Positions 1 through 13,592 of a stretch of DNA of 64,000 nt are shown here, in pieces. The stretch is from the human T2T-CHM13v2.0 reference genome, Homo sapiens. The notes beneath the pieces are model-generated. The model had not been told where the DNA came from. It saw only the letters and a list, made by a program, of their open reading frames with translations, and did not search any database. How positions within the stretch are numbered: position 1 is the stretch's first letter; each line of letters starts with the position of its first letter. Position numbers and translations under genes: made by a program. The stretch is taken from the NCBI RefSeq assembly GCF_009914755.1, contig NC_060942.1, one strand, 5' to 3'.

Positions 1-687
1 ATATGAATCTGTGAGTATATCTCTAACATGGAATACATTATATTATGATACATCTCTGCTTTTTGTTACTATCCCTCACTAAAATAAGCAATCTTTGAGG
101 GTTATGGAGGTATTTCGTCCTTTCCTATCATTTAAACAGATGGATTAATAACTAAGCAAATGAATAAATTGATGCTGTGCAAGAATCTAAATTTTCTTTG
201 ACATGTTATAATAATTTTAGTAGTCTAGAAAAAAGAATTCTAAAGAAGCAAGTATTATCACGTAATTACACGGTCCACATTTTCATATATATTCTGCCTA
301 TAAAACAGCTACTATATTGCTGATTAAAGAAAGCTAATTCTGTAATAGAAGTTTAAACAGAGTTTGAAATGGGAGATCAAAATGTATTTGCCAGTGAGTA
401 AAAGAGGAAATAAACGCCATCAGGCCTACCTGATTAGCTGAATCAGCCTAGTAATCAGTGGGGGCGACATATCAGTCAGATTAATCGGAAGGACTCCTGA
501 AAAGAAGATTCGCTGTCTCCTTGTCCTGGAGACAAGAAAATGTCTAGTGGGTGGCAATAACAAAAATGCAAATAATAATTTAATTTGCAGTAATTTTTTT
601 GCCAATTAAAATTTTCTGTAAATAAAATGGTCATTTCATCATGCAGCTAAAGGCCCTGTCACAGAATTTATTTAAAACAGTCTGGGC

Positions 688-934
688 TCTTAAGTGAAAG
701 CTGAACAATGAGAACACATGGACACAGGGAGCAGAACAACACACACTGGGGCCTGTGGGAGGTGGAGGGGTGGGGGAAAGGAGAGCATGAGGAAAAACAG
801 CTAATGCATGTGGGGCTTAATACCGAGGTGATGCATTAATAGGTGCTGCAAACCACCATGGCACATGTTTACCTATGAAACAAACCTGCACATTATCCTG
901 TACATGTACCCCAGAACCTAATAACATTTTTAAA
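688..934 (+). mobile_element. L1PA13-16-like 3' UTR fragment (5'-truncated), followed by a probable 3'-transduced segment to ~1096
   Basis: Contains gaacaatgagaacacatggacacaggga...gctaatgcatgtggggcttaatacc...aaaccaccatggcacatgtttacctatg...catgtaccccagaac, the old L1PA 3' UTR. Flanking near-repeat aaaacagtctgggc (674-687) / aaaaaagtctgggc (1091-1104). Confidence 0.88.
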
Positions 935-1809
935 GGAGCACTCAAAGCCCCTATGAGTTAGCCTCAGCTTGGCTGCATGGATGGCACCCTGAAGTCACTT
1001 TGCTATCGCTGTTAGGCAACACTCAGGCAGGCCTTCCTCAGGACTGGTTCCCTCCCAAGACAGGTTTGGTGAAAAAACAAACAAACAAGCAAAAAAGTCT
1101 GGGCAACTGTTTCTTAGGTGTTTCTGGATAGAAAAAAGTAGGATTTAATTTTTTGTATAGTCACAAAATGTTAATTTTCTATGAGTCATTTAAAGGCCTA
1201 GGAAACAATCTGTAAAAATAAATCTGACCTCTGTACCATAGGTAACCTGGAAGCATCGTATTTCCAGGCAGGTGGAAGATGAAGGCCTCATTTAGTGTAA
1301 ACCTGAAACTTCTAGTTTCAGTCTTTTCTAGACTCAACCATGCTTATTACTCTGGGTTAACAAGTGCTATTAAGTAGTATCCTCATCCTACTCTACTATC
1401 TCTCCTCCTTTTTTGAAAATGAAAAAAAAAAAAAAGGTGAATTTGTTTAGCAAATATATAGATAAAATGCCTGTCAGAAATAACTGCTTCTATATCACTT
1501 TGCCACATCACATTCTCCTTCACTATCTAGTGCTCTCTGAGTGGTAAGTATTTTTGATAATATGCCAGTGTTTGATTCATCTTCTTAGTTTTTTTAAACC
1601 TCCTCCTATGTAGTCATTGAGAAAGTGAGGGCTCTGCTTTATGCCTAACCTAAGCTTCTGGATACTGTAGGCATGCATCTCCCTAGAACATAAAACCTTC
1701 ATAATCTCAAAATCTCCCCTTAGGAGGAAGGAATGGTAATGCTCATAGATTGCCTACCTGGTTCCATACTTTTCTCCTCAAAATGTGTTTAAATAAAAAG
1801 AAGAAACAA

Positions 1810-1841
1810 TGGATGAATGAATGAGGGAATGAATGAATGAA
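1810..1841 (+). repeat. (TGAA)n tract, probably an L2 3' tail relic
   Basis: tggatgaatgaatgagggaatgaatgaatga. Confidence 0.5.
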
Positions 1842-3285
1842 GAAAGACAATATATATATTAGTGTTCTGAAATGAAAAGTCTTGGTCATCTTCACTGTAC
1901 ATTAAAAATTTATGCAGTTGTTTTAGTAAAATTCAACAGTCATTTATTGAAACCCACTCTGCCTAACTTAAGTTGTTAGAAAACTTTTATCACAGTATTA
2001 GACAAACTATTAGTAACTGAACAAAATTTCCAGAAGCCACGAATCTGTAAATATATTGATGCCTCCCCAAATGTATCTTGAAGAAATTCTGTTCAAAAAC
2101 TATTTCAGTAATATAGTTTTGTTGCATAAATATTTCAAGACTAAAAATGTAATATCCTATAAAAAAAGATAAAACATAAATATGAGAAGGAAATTATAAA
2201 TTTTAAACTAAAAACTGATTAAAAACTGGGTCTGTGGTCATTATTAGTAAGTTCTATGTACTTAGCTTATGGTACCCGGCAAAAATTATACCTCATGATG
2301 TCAGGAGATTGCTAACAACACCTGATATAAAATACCAGTACACCAGAATAACATCACAAACATCTCTGAAAACCCAAAATTCTCTTACTGGAGAAGGAGA
2401 GCATATAGATTCCAGAGTTATATTATTTATCTAGAGTATCTCAAAAATAATATATTACAAGATCTATTTTTTAATTAATAATCGTGTTTTAGGAGCATTA
2501 TTTGTGGAAGTTTATAAAGCTCCTCTTTGGAAAATGCATAGGTGATTAATTCATGGCCTCACCCTTCAAAAAGAAGCTCAAAACCTGGTGATCACACAGA
2601 GAAGACAGAAATAACTTAAATCCACAGAGATTTAAAGAAAAAAAATCTGAGGTGGAGATAAAACCCACAGGATACAGTATGGATACAGAACTAATCAGAC
2701 CAGCTTGAAACTGACATGTTGTGATTATTTTGAAGGTTTGGTTGCTTGTTTTATATCTTAGAATTCATATTTTTTTGTTTGTTTTTTGTTTAATAGTGAG
2801 TTGCTTACCTTTGAGCAGATGGGAATCGGAGAGTCCATTTGAGTTTTCTCAGAGGCCCATTTTGATGTCTGAAGAAAGAATGGGAAGTTTTTATTTCCTT
2901 TTAAATGGATGGAATGTGCACATGTGAAAACACAGAATGTACGTGCATCACTTGAGGTATCTTAGCATCAAATTGTACTGGATTGAACAAGACTACTGCC
3001 TGCACCACCTGACAAAATATCAGATAATGTCTATTTAGTGCTTGATTGTGTTTTCCTTCACCAGCTAAGAGATTAAAGTGATGAGGATTTCACTGTAATA
3101 GTTAAGATTATGTCAACATTTCAATCATAATCCTATACTGTTAATGGTTTATGACTCAGTCATAAAATGTCCTTTCCTGAGGGAGAAAAAAAGAACAGCC
3201 TGTCTTATAAGGTCCCAGAAACAGGGGAACTGTTTTTAAAAACTGATTTTTAAAAGGTGGTTATTTTAAATTTAGCCACTTTTAA

Positions 3286-3619
<334 letters not shown>

Positions 3620-3983
3620 TAAAATAATGTTTTAAGGACACTTTCTACTCTAGAATTTCCAAAAGGGATTGGCTTAATATGCATTGAGGCTTAGCTGTAG
3701 AATAATCACTTAAACATGGGTTTATTGCCAATGTCAATATTCTTTAATTTCTACAATAATTAAAGTTTAAAGTCCCATTTCAAAGATATTCTGTGTAATT
3801 ATACTGGGAAGGATCATTTTAATTTTTTAAAAAATCTTCTGAATATAAAACAAATAGAGGAAAAACATTCAAAATCTAATTCCTTAATGTTATATTCCAA
3901 CTATCTGTATTATGGATAACAAGTTTCCTAATATTCATTTTCTGCATACATTTTATTATCATTACTTAAATGAAAATAGATAC

Positions 3984-4633
3984 TGTGTAACACAGACTTT
4001 TACCTTGTCCAAAAAGTGGTCTGGACTTTGCCCTTGACTTTTGGAAGGCAATCTGCAGTCCCTTGGAATATCATGTCTCATAGGAACATCTGTATTTCTC
4101 TGGGTACCTTGAGCCAACCAGATCGATAGCAACAATGTTAGAGTGAGAGATCTGAACCACACCAAGAATGTGATACAGGTTAGAGGCTCTGGTATAAGAC
4201 CCCATGATATAAGTTGACCTCCAGAGAAGCTGAAGCAGGAGAGCAGCCATGTGGGCAATCACTCATGCCTACGTGATGAGGCACCAATAAAATCTTTGGA
4301 TGATGAGTCTCTGGTGAGCTTACCTGGTTGGCAATACACAGTGTGTCTGTATAATCACACAGCGAAAGGACAACTGAAAGTTCTCCATTTGCTATGCTCC
4401 TGGACTCTGCCCATGTGTCTCTTCTCTTGGCTGATTTTAATCTGTATCCTTTCCCTGTAGTAAATCATAACCATGAGTATGACAGTTTTCAGCAAGGTCA
4501 ATGAGTTCTTCTAGAAAGTTACTGAAATTAAGACTGTTTTGGGGAAATTCTTGAGTTTGGAATTGTTTCAGAAGGGAAAGTGTTCTTGTGTGAGCTGTTT
4601 CCTCTAATTTCTCAGTTAGCTAACAATTTCCCA
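3984..4633 (+). mobile_element. MER21C-like solo LTR (ERVL class)
   Basis: ttaccttgtccaaaaagtggtctggactttgccc...gcccaataaaa-type motif...ctggttggcaatac...ttggctgattttaatctgtatcctttccctgta match MER21. TG...CA ends with a candidate 5-bp TSD gatac (3979-3983 / 4634-4638). Confidence 0.8.
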
Positions 4634-5197
4634 GATACTTTACTAATATTTATAGTATATCAAAGAAGTATCTTTCTTGCATTGCAAGTTACCTCACAGT
4701 TTGTAGACTCACAACTTGAAGAAGAAAGAAATGAGCGAAAATTCCTACAAAGAATTCGTTGTTTTGTTTTCTCCATGTGTTAACTACAAACTCTACATGT
4801 AGTCTTCTAATATAAGCAACAGAAATAATAGTATATCTTCAAAAATTGATCTCATCTGTTTTAGTATTTCTATGACTGAATAGGAGTGAGCAGCATATAC
4901 AACAGTAGAATTTTTCTCAATTTCTCCTTTGCTAATGTTCAGAACCTTCTAGTTTTCCTTTAGCAAATTAAATTGTTTAGATATGTCAGATATTAGATGC
5001 AGAGAACTGTGGCTTTACAGAAATGAAGATAGCCATAAAGTACTGATCTTCGCTCTTCTAAAAGGAAACCTAAATTATTTGTCTAGTCATTTTACTTTGG
5101 TGTGATATAAATTCTTTTGCATTGACTACCAGCTTTAAAAGCTCTTCATAGCAATGGACAATCATGTAAGAATTATTGATTTGCTTGCTTACCTTTC

Positions 5198-5306
5198 ACA
5201 TTATGAGAATATGATCTATTCATTTAATCATCTATGTTTGGTACCCTAGTACAATGTCAGAAAAAAATCTGACATTTTATAAATATCTATTGAATGAATG
5301 GATAAA
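5198..5306 (+). mobile_element. L2 3' end relic
   Basis: ccctagtacaatgtc...ataaatatctattgaatgaatggataaa resembles the L2 terminus cctagcacagtgcctggcac...aataaatatttgttgaatgaatg. Confidence 0.6.
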
Positions 5307-5427
5307 CTAAAACATGCAATATCCTAAGCCTATTACCTACCGGTACACCTATTGAGAGCAAACAATTCTCCTTCACAGAATTTGTCCCTTTTCTTGGCTA
5401 TTATGATGTGTTTTCTTCTCTTATTAG

Positions 5428-5480
5428 ACACACACATGCACACACACCAAACACAAATACACACACACACACATATATAG
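5428..5480. repeat. Imperfect (CA)n microsatellite
   Basis: acacacacatgcacacacaccaaacacaaatacacacacacacacatata. Confidence 0.8.
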
Positions 5481-5527
5481 ATAAACAAAAGTGTGTGCAT
5501 ATATTTCCCTTATAATAGATATATATA

Positions 5528-5891
<364 letters not shown>

Positions 5892-6743
5892 TTAATGACC
5901 TCTTACTTATCCTCTGTTTTCTATCTTCTTTATATGAACTATTTTCCCTAAAGGGACCAGGTATGTTTATTCAGTCTTTAGTTTTTTAATTCAAGTTAGT
6001 TTTTAAAATTACGTTTAAATCTGTTTAAATAACATAAAAAAGTAACCATAGGAAAAATGGAAAAACTCCTTACTAGTTCCTTCTCTAATTTCCCAAATTT
6101 TAATTGCCATAATCTATAAATTTAAAATTATTTTCATCATTTCTGGTCTCATTCTATGTATACAATTGTTATCCCAATGTTGGTTCTTCATTGTATATTC
6201 GTATCTTTGTTTTTTCAATGTTCCGTTCATCTTTTCGGCCAATAAATTCTGGGAAGAGCTTCTCAAGATTGTTCTACACCTCACTAATTTGTTTTTTAAT
6301 ATCAATTTATACATTTTCTTGTCTCAAACAGATTTTAATTTACAATTACATCTTTATTTGATTTGCAATTTTATAAACACAGTAAATTCCCTTTTCATCT
6401 TAGAATACGAAATAAATATGCATCCTCTCATTTTCATCTTTTGTTTCCTGGGGTACATTTCAACAATTTGAATTGAATACAAACCAGATGCTTTTTAACA
6501 TTTAATTTGTTCATGTACCACTATTAGAATTACTATTTCTTTCTGCGTTCATCTTGTTTTTCGTTTTGTGGAATTTTACGTGGGTTCAGGTTAGTGTTTA
6601 TATTGATTTTTGTTCTTCTTTAGGAATTGTTTCCAGATATGTGGTTTTTCACAACCACTTGGTTTGTAGATATTTCTTGACTCCCTTAGTTCTTAGCCAG
6701 TTGCCAATTAAACTCTTTTTTTATACCTTAAACTGAAGGACTA

Positions 6744-7094
<351 letters not shown>

Positions 7095-8514
7095 GTTCTT
7101 TGTTAAATATGGATCCATTGACACTTTGTCTAATTGTAGAAAGATGGCCTTTTTTTTTTTTTTAACTTGGGTAGTAAGCATGAATAAACTGAGAACAAAA
7201 TATGGACACAGACAAATTTTTAGCTCAATAAATATTAAAATGTAACATTTTAAAATGTAAGTATATAATATACATTTATACCTGTGTGTGTATATATACA
7301 CATACTTACAAAATTTTTCTGCACGATTGATAAAACACTACAAATATTTGAGGTAGCCCATACTCTTCTCAATGGGATATATCTTTTAAATAATTTCCTA
7401 AATGGAGTTTCTTCAAAGGTATAGGAGGTTAATTGAAGGCATTCAATCATTATTTATTCTATATATATGGATATACATATATCTATGCATGTATATTTAT
7501 TCATTACAATTATGTATTTCATATGTAATATAATTATATATACTACTTTTGATATATACTGTATTCCCTATAAAATACCTTAATATGGAGAATGAAGATG
7601 AAGAAAAAAACATACACAGAGAGAGAAACAGACTGAAACTACTGGATGTGAAAATAAAGAATACATGATCAACCTGGGCAAAAAATTATAAGTCAGGTAG
7701 AAATAAGAGTTAAACTGGTCTTCTTTAAGAGGCTATTATCTACTATATCACACTTTTTGTGAAATGCTGTTCTTTGGGGGATACTGGAGTGATGAGACAC
7801 TATCATACCCAACAGTCAATGCCTATAACTTAGTCGAGATTAGTATTGAGGACACTTATTTATTTATAAAATCAATATTTTATAACAAGTCCTTATTTTT
7901 CTATCTTTCCCTTCTCTGTTTAGTCTTGTATAAAATGCTCTCAAAGTTCAGAGCAGCATATATCCTTCAGATAACCCATTATAAGAATTAGATTCAAGGA
8001 GAGGGATACCTCAAATAATTTCATGAAATTTTAATCAAAATAATTTATTTGTTATAGATATATTACCTCTTCTGATAAAGAACCTAAAGGACCCTACAGC
8101 TAATGATGCATAATTAAATCTATAAACTATTTGATTCTCTCTTGCAAAATAAGCCAATATCCTTTTTAAAATTTAAGACAACAAGTTCACACATGTGAGG
8201 AAATAATAAACTAATAACGTATAACGTGCTTAGCTGAATGTCTTAATCATGCTTTAAATTGTGTTTGTCCAATTGCCCCTTCAGTTTGCCTTTGGGTTAT
8301 TATTAATATTTCACTATCTTTTCCAGTCAGTGTTTAATGCAGTCCTATTCAAGGGTACTTGCAGCAAGCAGAGCAATTAGGTATGCAACGTCCTGAGCTA
8401 TAATCCGATGCAGCGAACACTGTCAGGTAGTTTTTACGAAACCAAAAAAATAAAAATAAATAAAAACAAAAAGAGACTGCCTCTTGACTGTGGCCAAGTA
8501 ATATTGTTGATCCT

Positions 8515-8885
8515 GTGTTTATTAATCATGTATTAAGTACTTCTTCTGAACATAACATTCTGTTATGCACTGTTGTCTTATGCAAATGAATAATAACTCA
8601 ATTCCGGTTCTCGAAGTGCTAGTGGTTTAAAAGGGAAGATGTGAAATAGACTCAACTAACACTGCCCAGCTGAATGTGATAAGAACCTGAAGGCAGGCAG
8701 GCACGAAATGCAGAGAGAGTTGAAGAGAAAGGTCTCTTTGCCCTACAAGAAAGAATAAAGATTCTGCAAAGAAATGACATTCAAATTGAGTGTTGATGAA
8801 TGAGTAAGATTTGGTGAGGTAGATATAGGAAAATCACATTGCAACTCTGGTAGAATGCATTAATAAAAAATCTAAGTATGGCAAA
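8515..8885 (-). mobile_element. L2 (L2b/c-like) 3' fragment
   Basis: catgtattaagtacttcttctg...aatgaataataactcaattccggttctcgaagtgct...gaaatgacattcaaattgagtgttgatgaatgagtaagatt matches antisense L2. Confidence 0.65.
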
Positions 8886-9473
8886 TATTTCAGAATAGTC
8901 CATGAGCTTTAGCTAGTGTATTTATATGGATCTCAGCGTGCTTGGGCCAGCTGTTGTGAGACTATGACTGCCAAACTCAAAGGTCAGTATTTATTTAGAA
9001 TCTATGTACAAAATGGTAAACAAAGAGATAAAATGATTATTCTTATACCAATGTTAGCATATGAATGTTCTCTAAGCATCTCATTATAAAGGAAAAAATA
9101 CATAAAGGTCAAAAACACATTTTCTATAAGAAAATGTTCTAATCAGTTAATATTAATTTATAATAAGTAATGTGACATCTTATAAGTATTCACATTACTT
9201 GTAATAAGTAATGTGAATCTTGATATTTTTTGTAACTTTTATTTAAAACTGTTTATTTATGTAGCCATTTAATGCACTTTCACATTAGTAATCTAGTAAT
9301 TTTATTTTTATGTTTTAAAAATGATTTATGTATCTAGAGGTAGAGAAGTTTGTAAATGTCGATTCCAATTATTCATTTTCTTTTTTCATGACTTGATGCT
9401 CATATTACCTTAAGAAATCTCAACTATTGTCATCAGCTGGTAACATTCACTCACACATAAAATAGACCCTCAG

Positions 9474-9843
9474 TTTTTGATGGGGTTGTTTGTGTTTTTC
9501 TTGTAAATTTATTTAAGTTCTTTGTAGATTCTGGATATTAGCCCTTTGTCAGATGGATAGATTGCAAACATTTTCTCCCATTCTCTAGGTTGCCTGTTCA
9601 CTCTTATGATAGTTTCTTTTGCTGTGCAGAAGCTCTTTAGTTTAATTAGATCCCATTTGTCAATTTTGGCTTTTGTTGCCATTGCTTTTCCTGTTTTAGT
9701 CATGAAGCCTTTGCCCATGCCTATGTCCTGAGTGGTATTGCCTAGGTTTTCTTCTAGGATTTTTATGGTTTTAGGTCTTGCGTTTAAGTCTTTAATCCAT
9801 CTTGAGTTAATTTTTGTATAAGGCGTAAGGAAGGGATCCAGTT
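9474..9843 (-). mobile_element. Inverted 5' part (ORF2 fragment) of a twin-primed L1PA7-like insertion
   Basis: ORF 9509-9718 (-) reads [44 protein letters not shown], which is L1 ORF2p. It joins directly to a sense-strand L1 3' end. Confidence 0.93.
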
Positions 9844-9956
9844 TGATGGGTGCAGCAAACTACCATGGCACGTGTATACCTATGTAACAAACCTGCACAT
9901 TCTGCACATGTATCCCAGAAATTAAAGTATGATAAAAATAATATAAATATAAAAAA
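9841..9956 (+). mobile_element. Sense 3' terminus and A-rich tail of the same L1PA7-like insertion
   Basis: gttgatgggtgcagcaaac-type start...tgcacattctgcacatgtatcccagaaattaaagtatg plus tail. Degenerate TSD aaaatagaccctcag (9459-9473) / aaaccagaacctcag (9954-9968). Confidence 0.9.
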
Positions 9957-11044
9957 CCAGAACCTCAGGGGGGAAATACAGCGGTATGTATCACAACCTT
10001 ACATTATTTAAGCTCTGGGAATGCCACTCCATAATCCATTCTTCACTGAGATAAACATAAATGAGCACAGCAAAAGCAAAGGGAAGTGGGCACCTACCCC
10101 AAAATCTATTGTCACATTTGCTCAGCTCAACCCTCAGCCCCTCAGTGTGACCTGGCCCTGCTGGAGGGTTTCTTTTAGAACTAAATGAAGTGCTATATGT
10201 GAAAAGTGAAAGATATAGATTATATTGTTAACATTTTCTCTGAGCTTTCATATAACTTGTGCATAACTTTGATATACACTAATGTATACTAATTGCATGC
10301 ACTGGATTGTGAGTTTAACAAAAAAGGGCCACATTTCATTTTTATTTCCAGTTCTCTAGGGTAAAATTCAAACTAATATCAGGCCTGGTAGAGTCCACTT
10401 AGAATAGGCACTGCAACAGTTACATGGAGGCCCCTGCTGCTCCACACATGAATTCTTCAGCTGTTGGCTTATGTGAAGACAGGTGAGGGGGGCTCCACAC
10501 AGGTTGAGGAGATGACAGAACACTTAGGAAGTCGTGGCAATTTATCAACCAGCACAGATGTTCAGCAATTGCTGGACTATAGTGATGTCTGCCTCTATAC
10601 ATGCTGCTAGTTATTAATTAATGAATGAAATGAGTATCAGTTTTCACTGTAGTAAACAGGGCATATGTGTTGGCTCTAAAGCTGTTTAATAACCTCACCT
10701 TATCTTATAGTTACATTCAAAATTATTATCTCAGGGTTGTCATACAAAGGGGACCCCTCAAAGATCAATTTATGCAAATTTGAGCATTTTTAGGGGGATT
10801 ATTTGTGACCCCACATAATATATATTTTTTTCTACTTGTGGTTTATTTGCTCTTGGTTTAAATCTAAATCACATAATACTGTCTTCCTCTCACATGTTAA
10901 GATTTTTAAAAATCCTGGTGATACGGAGCTATGAACCTTATTATGTTTTGAAGTATTGACAATTTTCCATCTCACAATCATCTTAATATATCCCACTTGG
11001 TGACAAAGCAAAAGAGAAAACAGATTTACCTTTGTGCCCATTTG

Positions 11045-11495
11045 GGGGAAAGCAAGATGAAAGAGAGAAAAAGTTTAAGAAAGTGAGACAATCTGAGAAT
11101 AAGAGAATAAGAAGAGAAAGAAAGAAGGCAGGAGTCAACTAAAAAGTCAGAAATCACACTTCCAGTAATAAAGAAAGAAAAAAAATAAAAAAAAATCCAC
11201 AACTGGGCAGGGGAGACATCTGAATGAGTTAAGAAAAAAATAAAGAGAGTGAGGAGGAAAACAAAAGAGACTTAGAACCAAGGAGAAAAATAATAGAGAA
11301 AGACAAAACGAAGTATGAAGAGAAAAGAAACGATATTAAAAAAATGATGTCAAAGTGAGAACAGCAAAGAAATTTAAGAAAGGAGGAATTAAAAACAACA
11401 CTCAATGTGGGGAATGAAATAATTTAAAAGATGGAAAGATAATACTAGGAAAATAAGTATAAAAGGGAGTGTAGGAGAGAAAGAAGTTGAAGCCA
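11045..11495. repeat. Purine-rich (A/G) low-complexity tract
   Basis: About 450 bp dominated by AAG/AGA/GAAA words on the + strand. Confidence 0.65.
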
Positions 11496-11589
11496 TTTAA
11501 CTCTGGGGAGATTCATATCTTGCTGGCATTACTAAATGTTATTCTTTTGACGGATCACAAAAGAATGAGTGTTTAAAAACAATCTCCAG

Positions 11590-11720
11590 AATTCTATATA
11601 GCTGAAAACAGTTGGGAGACTTTAGATTCATCGATATTTTTACAAAAAGAAAAAAAAAATAAATCAAGAGATAACCACCTCAGGGACACATAGATGATCT
11701 AGTGATTAGCTCTAGAATAT
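11590..11720 (-). mobile_element. MIR3/MIR relic
   Basis: gaattctatatagctgaaaacag...attttttacaaaaagaaaa...cctcagggacacatagatgatctagtg resembles the antisense MIR core. Confidence 0.4.
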
Positions 11721-12108
11721 TAATTAGAAGAAAGCTATTTGCTTTTTTATTCACAGGTCATAAAGAGATCAATTGAGAGTATCAATTGGTAGCCATTTGA
11801 TTATAACTTAATACTCATATACTATAAATGACCACTTCATCATGCATTGGTGAGCCAGCGGAGCAGGTGGAGTGACAAGAAGCAATATGGAAAGATTTAT
11901 TCTACTTTAGCCAGAGAACTGCTGGAAAGGGAATTAAAGAATGATACGAGCTTCTTGTTAATTATAAAAGGCTATGAAATAAAACTTTAAGTTTATTACT
12001 GGTGGATGAAGTTCTCTTCTATTAAAAAGTATATGAAGACATATTCCAAGGGTACATATAGTCCTGGGTTGTGTTTTACTTATTTTTTAAAATTATTTTG
12101 ATGATAGT

Positions 12109-12475
12109 TGTCTTAGTTTGGGCTGCTATAACAAGATACCGTTGGCTTGGTGGTTTATACAATTTATTTCTCATAGTTTTGAAGGCTGGGAAGTCTAAGA
12201 TCAAGGTTCAGGCTGATTTAGTTTTCATTGGAGCCTTTGTTCTGGCTTGCAGACAGACAGCTGCCTTCTTACTGAGTCCTCACATTGTGATGGGAGAGAA
12301 AGTGCTGCTCTTTTTTCCTATTGTTATGAAAACATTAATCCACCATGGCAACCCTACCCTCATGACCTGATCTAAACCTAATTAGCTCTCCAAAGTCCAT
12401 CTCCAAATACGATCACATTCGTGGTTAAGGTTTCAATATGTGAATTTGTTGAGGAAGCAAACATTTGGTCCATCA
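12109..12475 (-). mobile_element. MLT1A0-like MaLR solo LTR
   Basis: tgtcttagtttgggctgctataacaaga...ggctgggaagtctaagatcaagg...ccctcatgacctgatctaaacctaatta...ttcaatatgtgaattt. TSD atagt / atagg. Confidence 0.88.
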
Positions 12476-13470
12476 ATAGGAGAGAGGTTTTGGATGTTAT
12501 TCATAGATGGATTTGCTAGTTTTATGTTCGCAGGTAGGACCAGCAGTCAAGGCCATAGCGGTATATATTAAACTGTGCATTTGCAGCAGGATGAAGTTTT
12601 AAAAGGGTGAACACTGTGCAAAGTTTAGGAAAAAATAAAAATAATATATTTTATTCTTGTCTTACCTAATGTTTTTTTTTCCTTCCTCCCTTCTCACTTT
12701 ATATTAGAGTTGCATTACCCTAGAACTGGCAGTAGTGCCTAATGGATAGTCATTCTTTACATATATATTACCTCAAAAATAAATGCCTTAATTATTTAAT
12801 AAATGAATATTCAAGAAATTAGGAATCAGTCATTAATCAGACACAGAGGCCAATACAGAAAAAAGTAGAAGAGAAGGGAGGAAAGTCATGACAAAAGGGG
12901 AAGGACAAGGGGAAGAAGAAAAGAGAAGACAAAAAAAATAATTAAATAAAGTATTTTAAATTATTTGAATTTTAATCAAAACTGGATGACCATATTACAG
13001 ACAATATGGAAAAGATACTATAGTAAATATTGAGCAGGTCCCAAAAGACATTGCATGTCATTTTTAATGTTTGTGTTTTTAAAAGAACAGAGAATAAATG
13101 ATGATTATCCGATACAAATAAATACGGAAAAAGAAAATAAAAACAATAAACAGAGACGAAAGGAAGCAGTATTTAAGCTGGAGAAATCAACACTGATGAT
13201 CAAATGTAACTTTTTTTCCCAAAGCTCTAAAAAGAAATATTGGCCTGCACTAATCTACACAGTGCATTTTTTCTACATTTTTGCAAGTACACTTTGGTAA
13301 AGGTTTGTAAAACAAAGCCCTCCATGTCACTTACAATATTCTTGAGTACATTTCAGTTTCAATCACAACTTCAGCTACTAATCTTAATGTCATTGATAAC
13401 AGATAATGGCTGAACAGGACAATTCAGGATGAACAGCAAAGATAAATACAATTAAAATGTATAACTTTTA

Positions 13471-13592
13471 ATCATTAATTCATTCATCAAAGTCTTGTTA
13501 AGTTCCTATTAGGCACTAGAGCTAGAGATTTAAAAAGATATCAACAAAGAGGAAGACAAGCTGGATACTTTCATTGGGGGCCTTCACATTAC
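13471..13592 (-). mobile_element. L2 3' end relic
   Basis: attcattcatcaaagtcttgttaagttcctattaggcactagagctagagat...gggggccttcacatt. Confidence 0.55.

Noticed and set aside
935-1071. Retroposed H/ACA snoRNA or other small RNA
   Set aside because: The length and an ACA near the end are suggestive, but I find no ANANNA H box at a hinge and no match to an RNA I recognise.
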